Shown piece by piece: positions 42,651 to 51,975 of a stretch of DNA of 51,975 bases. The notes below the pieces were generated by a model, which was given only the letters and a program-made list of their open reading frames with translations, did no database searches and was not told where the DNA came from. Source of the stretch: Arenimonas sp. GTDB taxonomy: Bacteria > Pseudomonadota > Gammaproteobacteria > Xanthomonadales > Xanthomonadaceae. Made by a program: the position numbers and the translations under genes. The number at the start of each line of letters is the position of its first letter. Position 1 is the first letter of the stretch. The stretch spans positions 1 through 51,975 of the forward strand of contig JBMSNF010000001.1 in the NCBI GenBank assembly GCA_049421545.1, given 5' to 3'.

Positions 42651-44414
42651 ATGGCCATGCACGAACCATACGATCTGCTGATACGTCGCGCCACACTGTT
42701 TGATGGCACCGGATCGGCGCGGCATGTTGCCGATGTCGCGGTCCGCGACGGGCGTATCGCCACCATCAGCGCCGAGCCGCTTCCGGTTGATTCCGCCAAG
42801 CGGGTCATCGAGGCCGACGGCCTGTGGCTGACCCCTGGCATCATCGACATCCACACCCATTACGATGCGGAACTCCTTCTGGCGCCCGGTCTCCAGGAAT
42901 CGGTCCGGCATGGTGTCACCACCTGCATGGTCGGCAGTTGCTCGATCAGCATGATTTACTGCGATGCCGAGGACGCCTCGGACATCTTCACGCGGGTCGA
43001 ATCGATTCCGCGCGAATTCGTTCTGCCGGCCCTGCGCAGGATCAAGACCTGGAATGACGCGTCCGGCTATATCGCGCACCTGAAAAGCCTGCCCTTGGGC
43101 CCGAACATCGCCAGCTACATGGGGCATTCCGATCTGCGCACGGCGGTGATGGGCCTGGCGCGCGCGGTCGATCCGAAAGAAAAACCGACCGAAGCGGAAA
43201 TGCAGGCCATGGAGCGCCATCTCAACGAAGGCATCGACCAAGGGCTGCTCGGCCTGTCCGGGATGACCAATCCCTGGGACAAAGTCGACGGCGACCGTTA
43301 CCGCTCGGCGGCATTGCCGTCGGTGTATGCGCATTGGCGCGAATACCGGCGCCTGCACAGGCTGCTGCGCCGGCGCGGTGCCATCCTGCAGTCGGCACCG
43401 AACCTCAACAATCCAATCAATGCCGTGTTCTACCTGTTCACCTCGGCCGGCCTGGCGATGCGGCGTAGCCTGAAAACCACCCTGATCACCCTGATGGATG
43501 TGAAAGCCAGGCCGGGGCTGGACAGAATCGTCAGCGCAGGCACCGGGTTCTTCAACCGCTGGCTGGGCGCCAACTTCCGTTGGCAGGCCCTGCCGCAGCC
43601 GTTCCAGGTGTACGCCGACGGCATCGATTTCATCATCTTCGAGGAATTCCCGGCCGGCGAAGCCGCACTGCACCTGAAACGCGATTTCGACCGCAACAAA
43701 CTGTTCGCCGACCCGGACTACCGCGCACGCTTCAAGGCCGAATACCAGCGCAAATGGGGTGGACGGGTCTGGCACCGGGATTTCGGCGACGCGCATGTCA
43801 TCGCCTGCCCGGATGCGTCCTTGGTCGGCAAGACCGTCAAGCAGATCGCGGACGAGCGCGGCGAGCATGAGGTGAACACCTTCCTCGACCTGGTCATCGA
43901 TTACGGCCGCAGCCTGCGCTGGTCGACACTGATCGCCAATCACAATCCGGCGCGCGTCGCGGCCAATCTCAACAAGGACTGCGCGATCATCGGCTTTTCC
44001 GATGCCGGCGCGCACCTGCGCAACATGGCGTTCTACAACTTCGGCATCTGCATGCTGCAGCTGGCGGCGCAGGACCGGCCGATCATGACGCCCGAGAAAG
44101 CGGTCTGGCGGCTGACCGGCGAAATCGCCGACTGGTATGGCATCGATGCCGGAAAGATTCTTCAGGGCGCACGCGCCGACATGGTGCTGATTGATCCCGA
44201 CGCGCTGCGGGCCGCCGATGTCGGAGAGTATGCCGAGGCCCGCTTCGATGAGCTCGGCGGCTTATTGCGCGTGGTCAACCGCAACGACGGGGTGGTCAAA
44301 ACCGTCATCATCAACGGGAACCTCGCATTCGAAAACGACCAACCCGCAAGCGGGCTCGGTACGGCATCGGTTTTCGGGCGGTTCCTGCCCCGAACGGGGC
44401 ATGCCCAACAGTGA
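42651..44414 (+). CDS. N-acyl-D-amino-acid deacylase family amidohydrolase
   Basis: PGIIDIHTHYDAE, HGVTT..VGSCS, GHS, FSDAGAH, GARADMVLIDP; no signal peptide. Confidence 0.88.
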   Translation: MAMHEPYDLLIRRATLFDGTGSARHVADVAVRDGRIATISAEPLPVDSAKRVIEADGLWLTPGIIDIHTHYDAELLLAPGLQESVRHGVTTCMVGSCSISMIYCDAEDASDIFTRVESIPREFVLPALRRIKTWNDASGYIAHLKSLPLGPNIASYMGHSDLRTAVMGLARAVDPKEKPTEAEMQAMERHLNEGIDQGLLGLSGMTNPWDKVDGDRYRSAALPSVYAHWREYRRLHRLLRRRGAILQSAPNLNNPINAVFYLFTSAGLAMRRSLKTTLITLMDVKARPGLDRIVSAGTGFFNRWLGANFRWQALPQPFQVYADGIDFIIFEEFPAGEAALHLKRDFDRNKLFADPDYRARFKAEYQRKWGGRVWHRDFGDAHVIACPDASLVGKTVKQIADERGEHEVNTFLDLVIDYGRSLRWSTLIANHNPARVAANLNKDCAIIGFSDAGAHLRNMAFYNFGICMLQLAAQDRPIMTPEKAVWRLTGEIADWYGIDAGKILQGARADMVLIDPDALRAADVGEYAEARFDELGGLLRVVNRNDGVVKTVIINGNLAFENDQPASGLGTASVFGRFLPRTGHAQQ

Positions 44415-44462
44415 AGCGCGTGCAAGCGGCCTAAGCTGAAAGCACCATTCAAGGAGTAGCCC

Positions 44463-44984
44463 ATGAAAAAAATCCTGTTAATCGCGCTTATGATCCTGGC
44501 CGGATGCGCCGGAAAGCCCGAGCACGTCAAACCGGTTGAAAATTTCCAAGCCGAAAAATACCTCGGCACCTGGTATGAAATCGCCCGCATCGACAACCGT
44601 TTTGAAAAAGGCCTGTCGCGGGTCACCGCCGAATACCGCAAACGCGAGGGCGGCGGCATCACCGTGATCAACCGCGGCTTCGAGGAGGAATCCGGCAGCT
44701 GGAAGGAATCGACCGGCAAAGCCTTCTTCGTCGATGGCGAAGACAAAGGCCATCTGAAGGTCTCTTTTTTCGGTCCGTTCTACGGCGCCTATGTCGTATT
44801 CGCACTCGACGCCAAGGATTACCAGTACGCCTTGGTCAGCGGGCCGGATACGTCTTACTTCTGGCTGCTCTCGCGCACACCGACGATGGATGCCGCGCTG
44901 CGCAACCGTCTGATCGATGATGCGGTGTCCAAGGGCTTCCGCCGTGAAGACATCCTGCTGGTCGATCAAACCGCCGCGCCCTGA
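44463..44984 (+). CDS. blc: Outer-membrane lipoprotein lipocalin
   Basis: AAGGAG RBS; lipobox LAGC; YLGTWYEIAR, LKVSFFGPFY, WLLSRTP. Confidence 0.93.
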   Translation: MKKILLIALMILAGCAGKPEHVKPVENFQAEKYLGTWYEIARIDNRFEKGLSRVTAEYRKREGGGITVINRGFEEESGSWKESTGKAFFVDGEDKGHLKVSFFGPFYGAYVVFALDAKDYQYALVSGPDTSYFWLLSRTPTMDAALRNRLIDDAVSKGFRREDILLVDQTAAP

Positions 44985-44990
44985 TTACGC

Positions 44991-45689
44991 GTGCATCCGT
45001 TACTGATTCTACCGCTGGCGCCGTTGCTGCTGCTGCAAGGCCTTTATGTCCGCAAGGTAACGCCGCGCCTGCCGGAACCGCCGGGAGCACGCAGCGGCGA
45101 AACCGGCGACGGTCCTGGGCTACGGTTGTTAGTGCTTGGCGATTCGGCCGCGGCCGGCGTCGGTGCCGCCACGCAATCCGAGGCTTTATCGGGCCAATTG
45201 ATCCAGAAGCTCGCGGGCAGCCGCCGGGTGGCATGGCAGCTCTGGGCGGCCAATGGCCTGAATACCCGTCAATCTCTCGACATGCTGGAACGGGCACCGG
45301 CCGGAAACTTCGACGCCGTGGTGATTTCGCTGGGCGTCAATGATGTGACCGGCGGCGTTTCTTTGGACGTCTGGCTACGGCAACAGCAGCAATTGGCCGA
45401 ATTGCTGCGGAAGAAGTTTTCCGCGCACCGCATTCTGTTCACGCCGCTGCCGCCGATGCATCACTTTCCGGCATTGCCGCAGCCCTTGCGTTCGGTGCTG
45501 GGTGAGCGCGCCAAACAGTTCAACCGGGCCTTGGAAGACTTGCTGCGATCACAGGCCGATTGCCAGCTGCTGGCCTTCAACCTGCCGATGCAGGCCGACT
45601 ACATCGCCGATGACGGCTTTCACCCCAGCGCCGTCACCTATGGTCTGTGGGCGGGCGTGGCCGCCAAGGCCATTACGCCGGCGGAGTGA
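44991..45689 (+). CDS. SGNH/GDSL hydrolase with N-terminal membrane anchor
   Basis: LGDSAAAGVG, SLGVND, DGFHP; GTG start. Confidence 0.88.
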   Translation: MHPLLILPLAPLLLLQGLYVRKVTPRLPEPPGARSGETGDGPGLRLLVLGDSAAAGVGAATQSEALSGQLIQKLAGSRRVAWQLWAANGLNTRQSLDMLERAPAGNFDAVVISLGVNDVTGGVSLDVWLRQQQQLAELLRKKFSAHRILFTPLPPMHHFPALPQPLRSVLGERAKQFNRALEDLLRSQADCQLLAFNLPMQADYIADDGFHPSAVTYGLWAGVAAKAITPAE

Positions 45690-46341
45690 ATCCGGAAAAA
45701 CGCTGCACCACGCCTTTGAAACCATAGGCCGCCAATTGTGCCGGCGTGCCCGTTTCGCTTTGGCACACGAATCCGGCGATGGCCATCTGTTTGCGGAAAC
45801 GGACATGCAGGCGCCGCTTGGGATCGACGATGATGATGCGCGTCGCGGCATCGCTGTGGCGGGCCAGAAACGCCGTCAGCAAATCCGGATGATCGGGTTC
45901 GTAGAGCAGATCGCTGCCGATGATGAGGTTGAATACGCCCAGATCCGGCTCCGGAATGCGCCAGTCCAAGCGCTGGAATGGCGTATCGGCCAAGGCATTG
46001 CGTCGGCTGTTGTCATTCAGGAACACCGCCGCGCGCGGATGGTAGTCGGTCGCCAGAATATCGCCGCCGCGGGCGTTGACCACCAGGCTGGCCATGCCCA
46101 GACCGCAGCCCAGCTCGAGGATTCTGCCCGGCCCGAGTTTTTCCCGGCTGATCAGATCCGCCAGCAACAGACCCGATGGCCAGAGCATGCCGAAAAACGG
46201 CCAGCTTGCCGGCGAAATGCCGAGCGCCTCGGTGACTCCATCCGGATCATCGAATTGGTTGCCGTCGACCAGACGCCGGATACGGTAGGCGATACCATCG
46301 AAGTGGTGGGTGTCGACGCAGGTCTGCAGCGGCGGGGCCAT
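45673..46341 (-). CDS. Class I SAM-dependent methyltransferase (lysine methyltransferase-like)
   Basis: WPFFGMLWPSG, ILELGCGLG, ATDY, LDW, IIGSDLLYE. Confidence 0.85.
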   Translation of the reverse strand: MAPPLQTCVDTHHFDGIAYRIRRLVDGNQFDDPDGVTEALGISPASWPFFGMLWPSGLLLADLISREKLGPGRILELGCGLGMASLVVNARGGDILATDYHPRAAVFLNDNSRRNALADTPFQRLDWRIPEPDLGVFNLIIGSDLLYEPDHPDLLTAFLARHSDAATRIIIVDPKRRLHVRFRKQMAIAGFVCQSETGTPAQLAAYGFKGVVQRFSGFTPPA

Positions 46342-46489
46342 GGCATGCTCGGATTCAAATCGTGGATGAAATGAATCCCGGGCAAGTCCGGAACGGCGTG
46401 CGGGCCGGATGGGCCTTGGGCAGGAACGGAGCTGGACAAATCCATGCGAGCTCCCACCCTACGCCTTAACCGGCGCAAACGCCAGCGGA

Positions 46490-47845
46490 TCAGTAGGCGA
46501 ACTGTTTGAAGATCTGGTCGATGTCGCCGTTCCAGACGCCGTGATACAGCGCCAGCTTGCGTTCGGCCGGCGTTTCGTTGGCCAAGGCGATTTCCATCAA
46601 AGGATGCAGGAACAGCGCCTCGTCATCGCCATGCCGGTTCAGACGGCGGCGGTTTTTCAATCCCAGTGCGGAAATCTTGAGCGCTTCGATGGCCAGCTCG
46701 CGCATGCTGCTGTTGCGGAACGGCAGCTTCAGGCCCTGTTTCGGCACGCCATCGCGCAACTGGTTGCGTTCGGCCATGCTGAAATCCTTGACCAGATCCC
46801 AGGCGGCATCCAGCGCCTCGGTGTCGTAAAGCAATCCGACCCAGAACGCCGGCAGGGCGCACAGGCGCCGCCAAGGGCCGCCGTCGGCGCCGCGCATTTC
46901 CAGATATTTTTTCAGGCGCACTTCCGGAAACGCGGTGGTCATGTGATCCGACCAATCGGCCAGCGTCGGCAATTCGCCCGGCAGCGGCGCCAACTTTCCG
47001 TTCAGGAAATCACGGAAGCTGCGGCCGGCGCAATCGATGTATTTCTTGTCGCGGTAGGCGAAATACATCGGCACATCGAGCAGGTAATCGACGTAACGCT
47101 CGAACCCGAAGCCGTCCTCGAACACGAAATCGAGCATGCCGGTGCGGTCCGGATCGGTGTCGGTCCAGATGTGGGAGCGGTAACTCAGATAGCCGTTCGG
47201 TTTGCCTTCGGTGAACGGCGAATCGGCGAACAGCGCGGTCGCCACCGGCTGCAGGGCCAGCGACACCCGGAATTTCTTGACCATGTCGGCTTCGTTTTCG
47301 AAATCGAGATTGGTCTGCACCGTGCAGGTGCGGGTCATCATGTCCAGACCGAGCGTGCCCACTTTCGGCATGTACTCGCGCATGATCTTGTAGCGGCCCT
47401 TCGGCATCCAGGGCATGTCGCTGCGCGCCCACTTCGGCTGGAAGCCCATGCCCAGAAAGCCGATGCCGAGCTCGTCACCGACCGCTTTGACTTCGGCCAG
47501 ATGCTGGTTGGTTTCCTTGCAGGTCTGGTGGATGTTCTCCAGCTGCGCGCCCGACAGCTCGAACTGCCCGGCCGGCTCCAAGGTGATCGAGGCATCGTCA
47601 CGCAGCAGGGCGATGATGTTGCCGCCCTCTTCAACCGGCTGCCAACCGAAACGGGTCAAGCCTTTCAGCAGGGCGCCGATGCCCTGTTCGCCCTCATAGC
47701 TCGGCGGGCGCAGGTCGTCGAGGCGGAAGCCGAATTTTTCATGTTCGGTGCCGATCCGCCAGTCCTGCGGGGCGCGGGCGCCGGAGGCATGGAAGGCGAC
47801 CAGCTGGTCCTTGCCGGTAATGCGGGGGGAATCGGTGTCAGCCAT
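46490..47845 (-). CDS. gshA: Glutamate--cysteine ligase, plant/alphaproteobacterial type
   Basis: [49 protein letters not shown]. Confidence 0.94.
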   Translation of the reverse strand: MADTDSPRITGKDQLVAFHASGARAPQDWRIGTEHEKFGFRLDDLRPPSYEGEQGIGALLKGLTRFGWQPVEEGGNIIALLRDDASITLEPAGQFELSGAQLENIHQTCKETNQHLAEVKAVGDELGIGFLGMGFQPKWARSDMPWMPKGRYKIMREYMPKVGTLGLDMMTRTCTVQTNLDFENEADMVKKFRVSLALQPVATALFADSPFTEGKPNGYLSYRSHIWTDTDPDRTGMLDFVFEDGFGFERYVDYLLDVPMYFAYRDKKYIDCAGRSFRDFLNGKLAPLPGELPTLADWSDHMTTAFPEVRLKKYLEMRGADGGPWRRLCALPAFWVGLLYDTEALDAAWDLVKDFSMAERNQLRDGVPKQGLKLPFRNSSMRELAIEALKISALGLKNRRRLNRHGDDEALFLHPLMEIALANETPAERKLALYHGVWNGDIDQIFKQFAY

Positions 47846-48455
47846 GTGCCTGTCCTTCGCTGATCGGTGCGGCCATCAGCCAGCCGGTGACGACCTCGCG
47901 TGCTTCGTCCAGCCCCAGTTTCGCGGAACCGGAAAACAGCTGCGCACTGGCCCGGCCTGCCAGCTCCTTCTTCACCAGGGCCAAGGTACGGGCCTGTTCG
48001 CTGCGGCCGAGTTTGTCGGCCTTGGTCAGCAGGCAATGCACGGAAATATTGCGCTTGAAGGCGTAGTCGAGCATCTGCAGGTCGTAATCCCGCAACGGGT
48101 GGCGGACGTCCATGACCAGCACCAGGCCGGCCAGCGGCTCGCGGATCTGGAAATAACGGGTGATGAAAGCCTGCCAGTGATCACGCACGGCAATCGGCAC
48201 TTTGGCGTAGCCATAACCGGGCAAATCGACCAGATAGCGGTTCTCGGCAATACGGAAATACACCAGATGCTGGGTGCGGCCCGGCGTCTTGGAGGTCCGG
48301 GCCAGGCTGTTCTGGTTGCAGAGCGCGTTCAGCGCGGTCGATTTTCCGGCATTGGAGCGGCCCGCAAACGCGACCTCGGCCAGACTGTCTTTCGGCAACT
48401 GGGCGAGGGCATTGGCCGAGAGCACGAATTCGGCTTGGGCAAGGGGATTGGCCAT
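47838..48455 (-). CDS. engB: Ribosome biogenesis GTP-binding protein EngB/YihA/YsxC
   Basis: [26 protein letters not shown]. Confidence 0.96.
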   Translation of the reverse strand: MANPLAQAEFVLSANALAQLPKDSLAEVAFAGRSNAGKSTALNALCNQNSLARTSKTPGRTQHLVYFRIAENRYLVDLPGYGYAKVPIAVRDHWQAFITRYFQIREPLAGLVLVMDVRHPLRDYDLQMLDYAFKRNISVHCLLTKADKLGRSEQARTLALVKKELAGRASAQLFSGSAKLGLDEAREVVTGWLMAAPISEGQAHG

Positions 48456-48521
48456 GGGGACCGCTTCGGGGGGAATTGGCCTATTCTACCCTTTGTTTCT
48501 CCGGCAAAGCGCCGTAACGGA

Positions 48522-48551
48522 TTGACCGAACCCCGTAAACACTGGGATAAT
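48522..48551 (+). promoter_or_regulatory. Putative sigma70 promoter for cytochrome c4-dsbA
   Basis: TTGACC-N18-GATAAT with a TG extended -10. Confidence 0.4.
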
Positions 48552-48608
48552 TGGCGTCTGACGGGTTTGCCCGACGCTTAATCCACCTTATTCGCTTTCG
48601 GAGTCTCA

Positions 48609-49379
48609 ATGAAGCTCTCCCACCTCCTTGTCCTGAGCACCGCTTTGGTATTCACCGGCGCCATTGCCCAACAGGCCGTTGCTCCGGCAACTCCGGAGGC
48701 CGCTCCGGCCGATGCCGCGGCCGTGGCCATGCCGGCGCCGGTCGCCGCTGTGGAAACCGGCCCGGTCAAACCCGGCGATCCGAAAGCAGGCCAGGCCAAA
48801 GCCGGTGCCTGTGCCGCCTGCCACGGCGTGGATGGCAATGCCGCCACCCCGCTGTACCCGAAACTTGCCGGCCAGCACGAGCAATACATCTGGCGCCAAC
48901 TGAAAATGTACAAGTCCGGCGAGCGCAACAACGCCATCATGCTCGGCATGGCGGCGGTGCTGACCGAACAGGACATGCGCGACATCGGCGCCTATTTCGG
49001 CCAGCAGAAAGTCATCGCCGGCCTTGCCGACGAAACCGTGATCACCCAGGGCCCGAACGCCGGCAAGAAGTTCTACGAGGTCGGTGAAAAGATCTACCGT
49101 TCCGGCAATGCCGCCAGCGGCGTCCCCGGTTGCATGGCCTGCCACGGCCCGGCCGGCGCCGGCATGCCCGGCCCGACCTACCCAGCGCTCGGTGGCCAGC
49201 ACGCCGAATACATCAGCCTGCGTCTGACTGAATTCCGCGCCGGCACCGTGTGGGGCAAGGACAAGAACGCCAACGTCATCATGTCGCAGGCCGCCAAAGG
49301 CCTGAGCGATGAAGAAATCCAGGGCTTGGCCACCTACCTGCAGGGTCTGCACAAGGCCGCCAAACCCGCTGCGAAGTAA
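48609..49379 (+). CDS. Cytochrome c4 (di-haem)
   Basis: Signal peptide; CAACH and CMACH; YPKLAGQ and YPALGGQ; axial Met in each domain. Confidence 0.93.
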   Translation: MKLSHLLVLSTALVFTGAIAQQAVAPATPEAAPADAAAVAMPAPVAAVETGPVKPGDPKAGQAKAGACAACHGVDGNAATPLYPKLAGQHEQYIWRQLKMYKSGERNNAIMLGMAAVLTEQDMRDIGAYFGQQKVIAGLADETVITQGPNAGKKFYEVGEKIYRSGNAASGVPGCMACHGPAGAGMPGPTYPALGGQHAEYISLRLTEFRAGTVWGKDKNANVIMSQAAKGLSDEEIQGLATYLQGLHKAAKPAAK

Positions 49380-49453
49380 GCCCTGACAGCATCCGTTCAG
49401 CAAGCCGATAGCATCCTGATGTTATCGGCTTTGTTTTTCCCCAAGGAGTGATC

Positions 49454-50098
49454 ATGATCCGTCGTCTCGTTTTCAGTCTGTTGTTGCTCGCCCCGTTTGC
49501 CGCCGGCGCCCAATTGAAGGCCGGCGTACCGGTCGCCGGCAAGGATTATGTCGTGCTGAATCCGGCCCAGCCCACCTGGGGCACCGGCGGCATCGAAGTG
49601 GCCGAAGTGTTCGGCTACACCTGCATCCACTGCGCCCAGTTCCAGCCTCTGGTCAACAACTGGAAAAAAACCCTGCCGGCCGACGTCAAATTCCGCTATG
49701 TTCCGGCCGCCTTCGGCGGCATCTGGGACAACGGCGCCCGCGCCTTCTTCGCCGCCGAAGCATTGAAGGTCCAGGAACGCACCCACGATGCCGTGTTCAA
49801 AGCCGTGTTCATCGACAAGAAAGTGAAGACCGCCAGTGTCGATGAATTCGCCGATGTCTATGCCGGTCTGGGTGTGGACCGCGCGAAGATGCTGAGCGTG
49901 ATGAACGGTACGACGGTGTCGGGCAAACTCAACCGCGCCCGCCAGTTCGCCCAACGCGCCGGCGTCAACGGCACGCCGACCCTGATCGTCAACGGCAAGT
50001 ACCGCATCACGGCGAAATCGCATGAAGAATCGCTGAAAGTGGCCGAATATCTGATTGCCAAGGAACGCTCCGCGTCTCCTGCCGCCGCGAAAAAATAA
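49454..50098 (+). CDS. dsbA: Thiol:disulfide interchange protein DsbA
   Basis: AAGGAG RBS; signal peptide; EVFGYTCIHC; GVNGTP..IVNGKY. Confidence 0.92.
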   Translation: MIRRLVFSLLLLAPFAAGAQLKAGVPVAGKDYVVLNPAQPTWGTGGIEVAEVFGYTCIHCAQFQPLVNNWKKTLPADVKFRYVPAAFGGIWDNGARAFFAAEALKVQERTHDAVFKAVFIDKKVKTASVDEFADVYAGLGVDRAKMLSVMNGTTVSGKLNRARQFAQRAGVNGTPTLIVNGKYRITAKSHEESLKVAEYLIAKERSASPAAAKK

Positions 50099-50126
50099 AC
50101 ATGGCCCCGCTCCGGCGGGGCTTCGC

Positions 50127-50894
50127 ATGTCGGACCGTCGGCTAAAACTCCTCAGCAGCAATATCCAGGCCGGATCCACCACCCGGGCGTACAGCGAGTA
50201 CGTGACGCGCTCGTGGTCGCATGTATTTCCGAATGGCAAACGCGGCAATCTCGACGCGCTGGCCCAGACCTATGCGACATTCGATATGGTCGGTCTGCAG
50301 GAATGCGATCCGGGCAGTCTACGCTCCGGATTTTCCAACCAATCCGATTATCTGGCGGAAAAAGCCGGGTTTCCTTTCAGCTCGCATCAGGCCACCCGTC
50401 GTATCAGCCGCTTCGCCGGCTCCGGCAACGCCCTGCTGTCGCGGCTTAAGCCGTCCAAGATTGACCATTTTGTATTGCCGAGCCGCATTCCCGGCCGGGG
50501 CGTGCTATTGGCGGAATTCGCCAATGAAGGCCTGCCTTGGCACATTGCCGTCACCCACCTCTCACTCAGCACCAGTGCACGGCGCGTGCAGATCGCCTAT
50601 CTTGCCGAGTTGCTGGCTGACAAACCGCGGCTGGTTTTGATGGGCGACTTCAACTGTGATCTGCTGGCGCCGGAAATGAGCCGGCTGTTCCAGTTCACCA
50701 GTCTCGCGCCGCCGCCGATCAGCCTGCCGACGTTCCCGAGCTGGGCCGCGAAACGGCCCATAGATCATATTCTGGTCGGCGGCATGGCCAGCAGCCAACA
50801 TCAGACCCACATCGCCGCCGGGTCCGATCATCTGGCGATTGCACTGGATCTTGACCTGCCGGCAATCAATCCAGCGAATAGCCCATCGCCGTAA
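50127..50894 (+). CDS. Endonuclease/exonuclease/phosphatase family protein
   Basis: SSNIQ, GLQE, GNALLSR, THLS, MGDFN, IDHI, SDH. Confidence 0.9.
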   Translation: MSDRRLKLLSSNIQAGSTTRAYSEYVTRSWSHVFPNGKRGNLDALAQTYATFDMVGLQECDPGSLRSGFSNQSDYLAEKAGFPFSSHQATRRISRFAGSGNALLSRLKPSKIDHFVLPSRIPGRGVLLAEFANEGLPWHIAVTHLSLSTSARRVQIAYLAELLADKPRLVLMGDFNCDLLAPEMSRLFQFTSLAPPPISLPTFPSWAAKRPIDHILVGGMASSQHQTHIAAGSDHLAIALDLDLPAINPANSPSP

Positions 50895-51975
50895 CCGCAG
50901 GCGCCAGACGCGCCATCACCTCCGGATCGAAGTACGGGCGGTAATGCCGCCAGCGTCCCATGGCCTTGGTGTTCAGCGGCTGCAGCACTTGGGCATAGCT
51001 CGGCGTGTGGATGATCGCCTTGCTGCGGGCATGCGTGCTGTTATCGAGCCAATCGGCATTCCAGGGCAGATCGAGGAATGCCGCGATTTCGCGGGTACTG
51101 GTTTCCGGATCCCGGACCAGATTCTCGTAACGCGAGACCAAGACCGGTAGATCGAGTTTCGGTTGCAATGCCTGCCAGTATTCCGCCATTGCGATGTACA
51201 GATCGGCAATGCGTCCGAAGTCGGAAAAGGCGCCGCCGAGAACGGTCGAGCGCAGGTTCTGCATATAGCAGCTCAGGATGACATCGCAGGGATGGCGCAG
51301 GGCGAGAATGACCCGGGCCTGCGGAAACAGCGCACGGATCAGCGGCAGGCGTGCCCAATTGAGCGGGTTTTTATCGACCAGCCGGCGATTGCCGCGCTCC
51401 GCAACGCGTGCTTCGGTCTGTTGGAAATAATAATCACGCAGGCGCTGCCGGGTGTCCGCATCCAGCGCACTTAAACCGGACGGATAATCGATGCCGGCCT
51501 GCTGCAGCATCACCAGGGTTCTCGGAAGATAAGGCTGCTCGTCGAAGGACACCAATCCGTCACGGGCGTCGAGGATCTGCTCCAGCAAGGTCGTTCCCGA
51601 ACGCGGAAACCCGACCACGAATACCGGATCGGGCCGCTGATCGGCCGCACCGCCCTCGGCCGGCCAAATTCCGCTCACCGGCGCGCGCAGCAATGCAAAG
51701 AAATCCAAAGCCTGCCGGTCGCCGGCGGAATCGGCATTGATCCGGTTGCGCGTCGCATGCGCGGCATTGAATGCCTGCCAGGCCTCAGCATACCGTCCGG
51801 TCTTGTCGAGGGATTGTCCGTAATCGAACCCGACCTGGCTTTTCCACAGCGGATCGGAAACCTCGGCCGAGAAAGCCGCACCCAGAAAGCGGCAGGCGGC
51901 CGCGTTGTCGTTCCGGCGTGCGGCCAGCTTGCCTTGCAACTGGTCGAGTCCGGCACGTTGCGCGGAAGCCAACGG
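50866..51975 (-). CDS. Sulfotransferase, probably TPR-fused; 5' end beyond the window
   Basis: 5'-PSB VGFPRSGTTLLEQIL, DKNPLN, 3'-PB RHPCDVILS, YENLV, TPSY.QV; TPR-like helices upstream. Confidence 0.88.
   Translation of the reverse strand, partial: PLASAQRAGLDQLQGKLAARRNDNAAACRFLGAAFSAEVSDPLWKSQVGFDYGQSLDKTGRYAEAWQAFNAAHATRNRINADSAGDRQALDFFALLRAPVSGIWPAEGGAADQRPDPVFVVGFPRSGTTLLEQILDARDGLVSFDEQPYLPRTLVMLQQAGIDYPSGLSALDADTRQRLRDYYFQQTEARVAERGNRRLVDKNPLNWARLPLIRALFPQARVILALRHPCDVILSCYMQNLRSTVLGGAFSDFGRIADLYIAMAEYWQALQPKLDLPVLVSRYENLVRDPETSTREIAAFLDLPWNADWLDNSTHARSKAIIHTPSYAQVLQPLNTKAMGRWRHYRPYFDPEVMARLAPAVTAMGYSLD

Noticed and set aside
46345-46489. Possible SAM/SAH riboswitch upstream of the methyltransferase
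   Set aside because: Only a short GGAGCT/AGCTCC stem; no SAM-II or SAH consensus recognised.
46409-47863. 484 aa plus-strand ORF
   Set aside because: Shadow of gshA.
50104-50121. GCCCCGC-TCCG-GCGGGGC hairpin after dsbA
   Set aside because: No U-tract on the plus strand and only 5 nt from the next ATG; not called as a terminator.

Overview
GC-rich bacterial chromosomal window. Gene content and synteny (aceE apart from aceF, plant-type gshA, engB-cytochrome c4-dsbA-EEP block) suggest Xanthomonadales/Lysobacteraceae; this assignment is an inference. It holds about 44 protein-coding genes. Left part: truncated M28 peptidase, aceE, maeB, rsgA, stand-alone nnrD, short-type AMP nucleosidase and an operon of three exported amidohydrolases. 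Centre: an ACAD10/11-like acyl-CoA dehydrogenase plus phosphotransferase pair, then an accessory patch (TyrA-ACT, SGNH hydrolase, Omp25/31-like beta-barrel) bounded by an intact IS3/IS407-group element with no visible target duplication. The best candidate for an uncharacterised system is a 12.4 kb, 9-gene minus-strand cluster: two Tat-signal TldD paralogues with Asp in place of the usual Cys metal ligand, a signal-less TldE/PmbA, a Tat-like DUF4159 protein, a MoxR AAA+ ATPase, DUF58, a BatA-domain protein and two membrane proteins. Upstream of it lie a hybrid histidine kinase / HD-GYP response regulator pair and a candidate ~100-nt three-hairpin small RNA with an anti-SD loop, preceded by Fur-box-like direct repeats. 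No rRNA, tRNA or CRISPR array was seen. All family assignments come from motif recognition by eye; no searches were run.
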